Source: Lachnospiraceae bacterium (GTDB lineage: Bacteria; Bacillota; Clostridia; Lachnospirales; Lachnospiraceae). Taken from it: DNA of 64,000 nt. This document shows positions 57,415-64,000 of this stretch, one piece after another. The notes beneath the pieces were generated by a model. The model was not told where the DNA came from and searched no databases. It was given only the letters and a program-made list of their open reading frames with translations. The stretch lies in assembly GCA_045530835.1 (NCBI GenBank), contig JAZSCW010000047.1, positions 3,879 to 67,878 on the forward strand, read 5' to 3'. A program made the position numbers and the translations under genes. Every line of letters begins with the position of its first letter. Within the stretch, counting starts at the first letter, position 1.

Positions 57415-58692
57415 TCATTGATGAATGTATTTTTCCTCGTAATCAGAAACCGGAATCGGACGGTCATACAGATAGCCTTGCATGGAATCACAACCAAATT
57501 CATAAACAATTCGTTCTTCTTCCTTGGTTTCAATTCCTTCACATACGATATCCAAATCAATCTCATTCAAAATTGAAATTAATCCTTTTATGATATCTTT
57601 TCCCTTTTTATTACCAAGACTGTTTTTTACAAAACTCTTATCCAATTTAATAATATCAACCGGCAAAATGCCAATCAGATTTAAGGAAGAGTAACCTGCA
57701 CCAAAATCATCTACACTAACCTTAAAACCATAGTCGCGCAACTTTTCTATCTTGCTGATAATCAATTCTGCCTCTTCAAAAAAGACAGATTCCGTAATTT
57801 CAAACTCAATATACTCCGGTGAAATATGATGACTGTCAAATTCCCTAATAATATCGTCTACAAGCGTATCATAATAAAAATGTATTTTACTCAGATTGAC
57901 AGAAATCTTCTGCGGTTTCTTTCCTTCCCTGACCCATTCGGCAATCTTTGCAAAAACAAACCGCATCACATACCAGTCAAGTTCGAGAATCTTGCCGCTG
58001 TTTTCTAAAACAGGAATAAATTCATCCGGCGGAATGATACTGCCGTCTTCATTTTGCAAACGTGTCAGCGCTTCCGCACCCACAACACAATTTTCTTTCA
58101 CACTTACTTTCGGCTGGAAATATACAAGAATGGAATGCTCTTCTACGGCTTTTTCAAAAAGAGGAATAATTTTTGCATCCACTTCTTTACGCTCTTGTAG
58201 TTCCCTGTTATAAATCGCACAGGGAATACTGTAATTGCCTTTGACACTTCTTCTTGCGATATTCGCCTTATCAATTGCCGATGTAATATCTTCCGTATAA
58301 TCCTCTATTTCATAAATTCCCGTATTCAAATGAATCGATGCCTTAGAATATTTTGCCTTATTCTCCAAAACAAACTTATTCTTCAACATTCTGACGCACT
58401 CACTACATTCGTGAATTTCTTTGCCTTTTATATTAAAAAGACCTAAAATATGATCAGAATATGGTCTGCATGCAGCTACACATTCTTCTCTTTCCATAAA
58501 TATCCCTGCAAGGTTTCTGATTAGTTCATCTCCCGCAGAAAAACCATAAATACGATTGATATATTTGAATTTACTAAGGTCTGTCGAGACAATCAAAATA
58601 TGATCTTCGGAATCACATTGCTCGAGATATTTGCGGGCAAAATCCAAAAATCCATCAAAAAGCAGCAAACCGGTCAACTTGTCCTTTTCCAT
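57415..58692 (-). CDS. Degenerate GGDEF plus intact EAL c-di-GMP phosphodiesterase
   Basis: DKLTGL and YINRIYG..AGD, but the GGDEF site reads YSDHI; EAL, EITE, DDFGAGYSS, EGIE and QG are intact. Confidence 0.9.
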   Translation of the reverse strand: MEKDKLTGLLLFDGFLDFARKYLEQCDSEDHILIVSTDLSKFKYINRIYGFSAGDELIRNLAGIFMEREECVAACRPYSDHILGLFNIKGKEIHECSECVRMLKNKFVLENKAKYSKASIHLNTGIYEIEDYTEDITSAIDKANIARRSVKGNYSIPCAIYNRELQERKEVDAKIIPLFEKAVEEHSILVYFQPKVSVKENCVVGAEALTRLQNEDGSIIPPDEFIPVLENSGKILELDWYVMRFVFAKIAEWVREGKKPQKISVNLSKIHFYYDTLVDDIIREFDSHHISPEYIEFEITESVFFEEAELIISKIEKLRDYGFKVSVDDFGAGYSSLNLIGILPVDIIKLDKSFVKNSLGNKKGKDIIKGLISILNEIDLDIVCEGIETKEEERIVYEFGCDSMQGYLYDRPIPVSDYEEKYIHQ

Positions 58693-58832
58693 CTTGTCCT
58701 CCACTGAGTTCTTTATCAACTCCCTACAAATAAGCATAACATAATTATACAATAAATACCATTGTGATTTTACCATAATGTATCACTATGCTTTTGTGCA
58801 TCATGTCTATATTTTAACCGCTTTTTGTTATA

Positions 58833-59519
58833 TTATAGGTTATTTTTTATAATTATTTCTATTTTTTGCTTAACATCTGACACAACAGCGCAATCATATG
58901 CACCATTTTCCAATTGGAAACATTCGCAATACGCATCAGGATTCCCCTGCGAATTATAAATATATCCCTGCTTTAAATCCACCCGGAAACCGGAAAAACG
59001 CTCAGAAAGTCCTTTTCCAATATATTTGACATAAGCTTCTTTTGCAGTCCATAACTGAAAGAAATAGAGCTCTCTTTCCTGCTCATCTAACTGCAAATAA
59101 CATTCTCTCTCCTTCGGATGAAATTTTTGCATCATTCGCTCATGATTACACTTACGTCTCTCCTGCAAATCAAATCCGATAGGTTGCGATGCAACAGCAC
59201 AACCCACATACTTACCGGAATGTGAAATATTATAAAAAAGTTCAGGATAATCCGGTAAATATGGCTTTCCATATTCTGTTTCAGCAATTCGCAGCAAAAC
59301 TCTGCCGGATTCATCTCTCGGAAGCATTTTTTCTTCTTTCGCAAGCCACTCTTTTACTCCATATTGCAATAGCAAACCCGCATAAACACTTCTGATACGA
59401 TCTTTATTTTGTTTATACTGAAGAGCTTTTTTGAAACGTTCTAAACATAATAAGGACATCCTGTTTTCAAGGATGTCCTCACAAATATTTTCATTTATTT
59501 CCGCTAAGTAGAGAATCAT
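58833..59519 (-). CDS. 4'-phosphopantetheinyl transferase (Sfp-type)
   Basis: YGKP, YNISHSG, IGFDLQ, WTAKEAYVK.IG.G. Confidence 0.9.
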   Translation of the reverse strand: MILYLAEINENICEDILENRMSLLCLERFKKALQYKQNKDRIRSVYAGLLLQYGVKEWLAKEEKMLPRDESGRVLLRIAETEYGKPYLPDYPELFYNISHSGKYVGCAVASQPIGFDLQERRKCNHERMMQKFHPKERECYLQLDEQERELYFFQLWTAKEAYVKYIGKGLSERFSGFRVDLKQGYIYNSQGNPDAYCECFQLENGAYDCAVVSDVKQKIEIIIKNNL

Positions 59520-59555
59520 ATTTTACCTCATACTTCCCACTTCCTTCGAAAGAAC

Positions 59556-61367
59556 TTATGCCTCTTTGTCCTCCGGAAGTGCAATACGGATACAGAGTTC
59601 CTCTAACTGCTTCGGGTCTACCACATTCGGCGCCTCAGACATCAGACAGGAAGCATCTTTCACCTTCGGGAATGCCATAACGTCACGAATAGATTCTGCT
59701 TTCACCATAAGCATAATCATACGGTCAAGACCATATGCAAGACCTGCATGAGGCGGCACACCATACTTAAAAGCATCCAAAAGGAAGCCAAACTGGCTCT
59801 GTGCCTGCTCCTGTGTGAATCCAAGCATTTCAAACATCTTCGACTGAATATCACTCTGGTGGATACGAACGCTACCACCGCCAAGCTCTGTTCCGTTTAA
59901 TACAATATCGTAAGCCTTTGCTCTTACCTTACCGGGATCTGTTTCAAGTAAGCCTAAATCTTCATCCATCGGCATGGTAAACGGGTGATGTACAGCCACA
60001 AAGCGCTTATCCTCATCATCCCACTCAAGCAACGGGAACTCTGTTACCCAAAGGAAGCAGAATTCATCTTCGGGAATAATCTCCATCTGCTTTGCAAGTT
60101 CAAGACGGAGTGCACCAAGTACATCCCATACAACTTTGTTGCTGTCTGCTGCAAAAAAGAGTAAATCGCCCTTTTCACCATCCATTGCCGCAACAAGTGC
60201 TGCAAGCTCTTCCTCGTTCATGAATTTGGAGAAAGAAGATTTATAAGTACCGTCTTCCTGTACTGCAAGATATGCAAGACCTTTCGCTCCATAGCCTTTG
60301 GCAAATTCAACCAAAGCATCAATTTTCTTTCTGGGCATCTGTGCCTGTCCCTTTGCATTCAGACCGCGAACGGAACCGCCATTTGCAAGTGCGCCGGTGA
60401 ATACACCGAATCCGCAATCTTTTACAATGTCGGATACATTCACAAGCTCCATGCCAAAACGCATATCAGGCTTATCGGAACCGAAACGATCCATTGCATC
60501 CTGCCAGGTAATTCTTGGAAGCGGCAGGGGAACATCTACACCAATAGACTCCTTGAATACCTTCTGTAAAAGTCTTTCATTTACATCTAATACATCTTCT
60601 ACATCAACAAAGGATAATTCCATATCAATCTGAGTAAATTCAGGCTGTCTGTCTGCACGCAAGTCCTCATCACGGAAACATTTCGCAACCTGGTAATAGC
60701 GGTCATATCCGGAGCACATAAGTAACTGCTTAAATAACTGAGGTGACTGCGGAAGCGCATAAAAATTACCCGGATGCACACGGCTGGGAACAAGATAATC
60801 ACGAGCCCCTTCCGGTGTTGACTTCATAAGTATCGGGGTTTCAATCTCTAAGAACCCTTCCTCAGCAAGGAAGTTACGAATACCGTTAACCACCTTACTT
60901 CTAAGAATCAGATTATTCTGGATATCCGGTCTTCTCAAATCCAAATATCTGTGTTTTAAACGAAGCTCCTCTTTGGTCTTAGAATCTGCTTCAATCGGAA
61001 AAGGCGGTGTATCCGCTTCAGATAAAATACGAAGAGAATTTGCACGAATCTCGATTGTACCGGTCTTCAAATTCTCATTTGCAGCACCGCCACGCTTCAC
61101 AACCTTACCTACTACTGCAATAACAAACTCACTTCTGATTCTCTCAGCCTTCTCAAAATCAGCTGCGCCAATATACTCATCACCTTCACCTTGTTCAAAG
61201 ATAATCTGAAGCAGACCGCTTCTGTCTCTTAAATCGGTAAAAATAATACCGCCTTTATTTCTGCTCTTCTGAACCCATCCCATAACGGTAACAAGCTGAC
61301 CGATATTAGCCTCGCTTACTTCCGTACAACGATGTGTTCTCTTTAATCCCTGCATTGACTCTGCCAT
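59556..61367 (-). CDS. aspS: Aspartate--tRNA ligase
   Basis: DLRDRSG, RYLDLR, ALPQSPQLFKQ, FRDEDLRADRQPEF, PPHAG. Confidence 0.97.
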   Translation of the reverse strand: MAESMQGLKRTHRCTEVSEANIGQLVTVMGWVQKSRNKGGIIFTDLRDRSGLLQIIFEQGEGDEYIGAADFEKAERIRSEFVIAVVGKVVKRGGAANENLKTGTIEIRANSLRILSEADTPPFPIEADSKTKEELRLKHRYLDLRRPDIQNNLILRSKVVNGIRNFLAEEGFLEIETPILMKSTPEGARDYLVPSRVHPGNFYALPQSPQLFKQLLMCSGYDRYYQVAKCFRDEDLRADRQPEFTQIDMELSFVDVEDVLDVNERLLQKVFKESIGVDVPLPLPRITWQDAMDRFGSDKPDMRFGMELVNVSDIVKDCGFGVFTGALANGGSVRGLNAKGQAQMPRKKIDALVEFAKGYGAKGLAYLAVQEDGTYKSSFSKFMNEEELAALVAAMDGEKGDLLFFAADSNKVVWDVLGALRLELAKQMEIIPEDEFCFLWVTEFPLLEWDDEDKRFVAVHHPFTMPMDEDLGLLETDPGKVRAKAYDIVLNGTELGGGSVRIHQSDIQSKMFEMLGFTQEQAQSQFGFLLDAFKYGVPPHAGLAYGLDRMIMLMVKAESIRDVMAFPKVKDASCLMSEAPNVVDPKQLEELCIRIALPEDKEA

Positions 61368-61389
61368 AATCATATCCTCCGCGAAACAA

Positions 61390-62652
61390 TTAATTCTTAA
61401 GTGCTTCTTTATAGAAATCTTTAAATTCCGTATAGCCGTCATTCATTAACTGCTCTTTCTGGAATTTCTTATTCTTATTCATTCTTGCAACAAGCACGGT
61501 CTTTCCTTCTGCACGAAGTTCTTGTGCTTCTTTGATAATTTCTCCCATTCTTACAGGATCCATTCCCTTTTCTACCAGGAATGCCGTCTTGGAATCCTGC
61601 CCGGGAACTTCAAATCCCTTCTCAAGAAGAATTGTAATAATACGTTCGAAACCGATGGAAAATCCGCATGCCGGAGTATCATTACCGGTGAAACGGCCAA
61701 TCATCTTATCATATCTTCCGCCGCCTGCAACGCTGCAATTAAGCTCTTTCATCTCGATTTCAAAAATCGTTCCCGTATAATAGCTCATACCGCGAACCAG
61801 CGTCGGGTCAAACATAATCTCACAGTCTGCACAAACAGCGCCTTCCAAAGCCGCAAAAATCTCTGAAAGATTTTCTGCCACACCCTCTTCCATGGATTCC
61901 CCAAGCGTCTCTTTCAAGAATGCAATCTGATTCTCTGCCTGTCCGAGTTTTTCGAACAAGTCCATATATTTTGCGACTGCAGAATCGGCAAATTCCGCCT
62001 TGAGAAGTTCTTCACGTACACCGTCAATGCCGATTTTGTCCATTTTATCCAGAATGATAAATACATTATCATACTCTTCCTCTGCAAAACCACTGTAAGC
62101 AGCCATTGCCTTAAGAAGTCTTCTTTCATTGATGTGTACCTTAAATCCCTTGAATCCAAGCTTCCCAAGTAATGTGGTAGTCGCTAGCACAAGCTCTATT
62201 TCGGCCAAATTGGACGGTTCACCGAGAATATCGATATCGCACTGCACAAACTGGCGGAAACGTCCTTTCTGCGGTCTGTCAGCACGCCATACATTCCCCA
62301 TCTGCAATGCCTTGAACGGCTGGGGAAGACTTGCTGCATTGTTTGCATAGAAGCGGGCAAGGGGAACGGTTAAATCATAACGCAATCCACTGTCCACCAA
62401 ATCATTTTCTTCCTTCGCATCCGCAAGCTGGAGTTTTTCACCTCTTTTTAACACCTTAAAAATAAGCTTCTCATTCTCGCCACCCTGCTTACTGGATAAA
62501 TTCTCAATGTGTTCTACGCAGGGAGTTTCAATATGTGAAAATCCGAATTTTCCATATGTACTTTTAATTTCGTCCATGACGTAATCTCGAAGCTGCATTT
62601 CCACCGGTAACATATCTTTCATTCCGGTAACAGGTTTCTTAATTAAACTCAT
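61390..62652 (-). CDS. hisS: Histidine--tRNA ligase
   Basis: LRYDLT, PQKGRFRQF, LVRGMSYYTG, GGGRYD, GFSIGFERI. Confidence 0.96.
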   Translation of the reverse strand: MSLIKKPVTGMKDMLPVEMQLRDYVMDEIKSTYGKFGFSHIETPCVEHIENLSSKQGGENEKLIFKVLKRGEKLQLADAKEENDLVDSGLRYDLTVPLARFYANNAASLPQPFKALQMGNVWRADRPQKGRFRQFVQCDIDILGEPSNLAEIELVLATTTLLGKLGFKGFKVHINERRLLKAMAAYSGFAEEEYDNVFIILDKMDKIGIDGVREELLKAEFADSAVAKYMDLFEKLGQAENQIAFLKETLGESMEEGVAENLSEIFAALEGAVCADCEIMFDPTLVRGMSYYTGTIFEIEMKELNCSVAGGGRYDKMIGRFTGNDTPACGFSIGFERIITILLEKGFEVPGQDSKTAFLVEKGMDPVRMGEIIKEAQELRAEGKTVLVARMNKNKKFQKEQLMNDGYTEFKDFYKEALKN

Positions 62653-62774
62653 AATCCCTACCTAGCCAATCAGAATTTGGCAATCCTTTCTTCATTCATC
62701 ATAAAATAAATATATTTTTTCCTACGTTATCGTATTTTACACGTTTTTACACAAAATAACAACCTTTTATTCTT

Positions 62775-63659
62775 TTATTTGGAACAATTCATTTGTTTTT
62801 TCACAAAATAAAACTGCGGTTCTCCAATCGTGAACTTCATACGTTTCTTCTTTAAGATATCACCATACCTAAAACGACCACCCCTGACACGATACATCTT
62901 CAGTTCAAATTCGTTTTCCTTACGTTCATAAACAAAAAGTGCCATTGGCGGTCTGGCGATATCGCGCGACTCGTATCCATATTTCGAAAGATTCACAGCC
63001 ATATTATATTCCCAAAAAAACGAATGGAACAACACCTCATCATCCTTTAAATAAAAAGCATTCGCATGCGGAACATGTATGACATCTATCACATTCACCG
63101 GTCCGCATTTTTCCTTTTCACGAAGAAGTGTAAATTCCTTCTTCGGTATCATCGGCAAATCATATCCTTTTCGGTTCTTTTCCGTAATATGAACCAGAAT
63201 AATCCTTTGTCCCTTCACCACGCATCTGCAATCTCCCGCAGTTGCCACACAATCCACAATATAAGGCTTGCCATCCGGTCCGAATGTCTCATCTTCCATA
63301 TAGGAAATCCTGTAATTATCTTCATCAATACGGACAACCGTTGCCCAGTTAACAGAAATATTTTCCTGCTTTAAAAAACGTTTTTTCATTTTCAGATAAA
63401 ACAACCGATACTGAATATGGTTTACGGGGAATCTAAGAAATATCCCAAACAAAATAACCACACCAAACAAAACAAGCACCCATTCCGGTCTTTGTATATA
63501 ACATTGTATCAATACACTCAATGCACCACACAGCAAACAGATAAAAACCTGTAATACCGTTACGTTTCCCTCTGAATGGAGTGCATGAAAATGTCCTTCA
63601 AGAAACATCGCGTTCTTTTGTAATTGTATCCGTTCCTCCTGTGATACTATCTTTTTCAT
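62775..63659 (-). CDS. Hypothetical membrane protein (two TM segments)
   Basis: Long ORF between hemZ and hisS; RBS-like GGGGA before ATG 63659; no recognisable motif. Confidence 0.6.
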   Translation of the reverse strand: MKKIVSQEERIQLQKNAMFLEGHFHALHSEGNVTVLQVFICLLCGALSVLIQCYIQRPEWVLVLFGVVILFGIFLRFPVNHIQYRLFYLKMKKRFLKQENISVNWATVVRIDEDNYRISYMEDETFGPDGKPYIVDCVATAGDCRCVVKGQRIILVHITEKNRKGYDLPMIPKKEFTLLREKEKCGPVNVIDVIHVPHANAFYLKDDEVLFHSFFWEYNMAVNLSKYGYESRDIARPPMALFVYERKENEFELKMYRVRGGRFRYGDILKKKRMKFTIGEPQFYFVKKQMNCSK

Positions 63660-63684
63660 ATACAATCCATTCCCCTTACTCTTC

Positions 63685-64000
63685 CTACAGTTCAAGAAGT
63701 TTCCGTCTTCTTTCCACCATTTCATCAATACGCGTCATGTATAATTCAAGATCCTTAATATTATCGGAACGCTCAATACGGCCGTTTCCGAATACCCGTT
63801 TGGTAATGCTTCCGGCACCGACAGCTGCAATGGTCTGCTTCTCTTCCATAATCAGAATATTATAAATTCCTTCTTTTCCCGGCTGTGAGAAACCGATGTT
63901 TTCAAGATTACCCGCCATATTCTTCTGACGATACAGGTAATAGGGCTCCATTCCCAGCGCACGGGCCGTTTGCATGGAAGCCTCCATCATTTCTGTTGTA
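63685..64000 (-). CDS. hemZ: Radical SAM protein HemZ, C-terminal part (5' end outside the window)
   Basis: PYYLYRQKNMAGNLENIG...YNILIMEEKQTI..GAG; upstream of hisS-aspS. Confidence 0.9.
   Translation of the reverse strand, partial: TTEMMEASMQTARALGMEPYYLYRQKNMAGNLENIGFSQPGKEGIYNILIMEEKQTIAAVGAGSITKRVFGNGRIERSDNIKDLELYMTRIDEMVERRRKLLEL

Noticed and set aside
62653-62774. T-box leader for hisS-aspS
   Set aside because: The intergenic region is short and AT-rich, with no T-box consensus or terminator.
1-64000. rRNA, tRNA or CRISPR arrays
   Set aside because: None recognisable; intergenic regions are short and AT-rich.

Overview
64 kb of a low-GC, spore-forming Clostridia chromosome (gene content suggests Lachnospiraceae). 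Most genes are on the minus strand and are housekeeping or sporulation genes. They include a peptide ABC transporter, nrdR, ylmC, sigG, trkAH, the spoIIGA-sigE operon and the dcw cluster (mraZ, rsmH, ftsL, two class B PBPs, mraY, murD, ftsW/spoVE, ftsQ, ftsZ). Further on are ychF, a BlaI/BlaR1-like pair, rpe-rsgA-prkC-stp-rlmN-rsmB-fmt-def-priA, murE, recJ, secDF, the SCIFF ranthipeptide pair, corC, a degenerate sirtuin, an amidase, an EAL protein, a PPTase, aspS, hisS and hemZ. The main discovery is that spoVD (spore cortex PBP) is split inside its catalytic SxN motif by a 9,583-bp element with no phage genes (16424-26006). The element is bounded by serine-recombinase att sites with an AA core, and the predicted attP has a perfect 10-bp inverted repeat. 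It carries a large serine recombinase and a small ORF behind a sigma-E-like promoter, plus a complete exosortase XrtG / Firmicu-CTERM / glycosyltransferase cassette. Precise excision would restore an in-frame 585-aa SpoVD (...GIMNSC|NPVFIAVGLRLG...). This looks like a skin-like, mother-cell-programmed gene rearrangement in spoVD.
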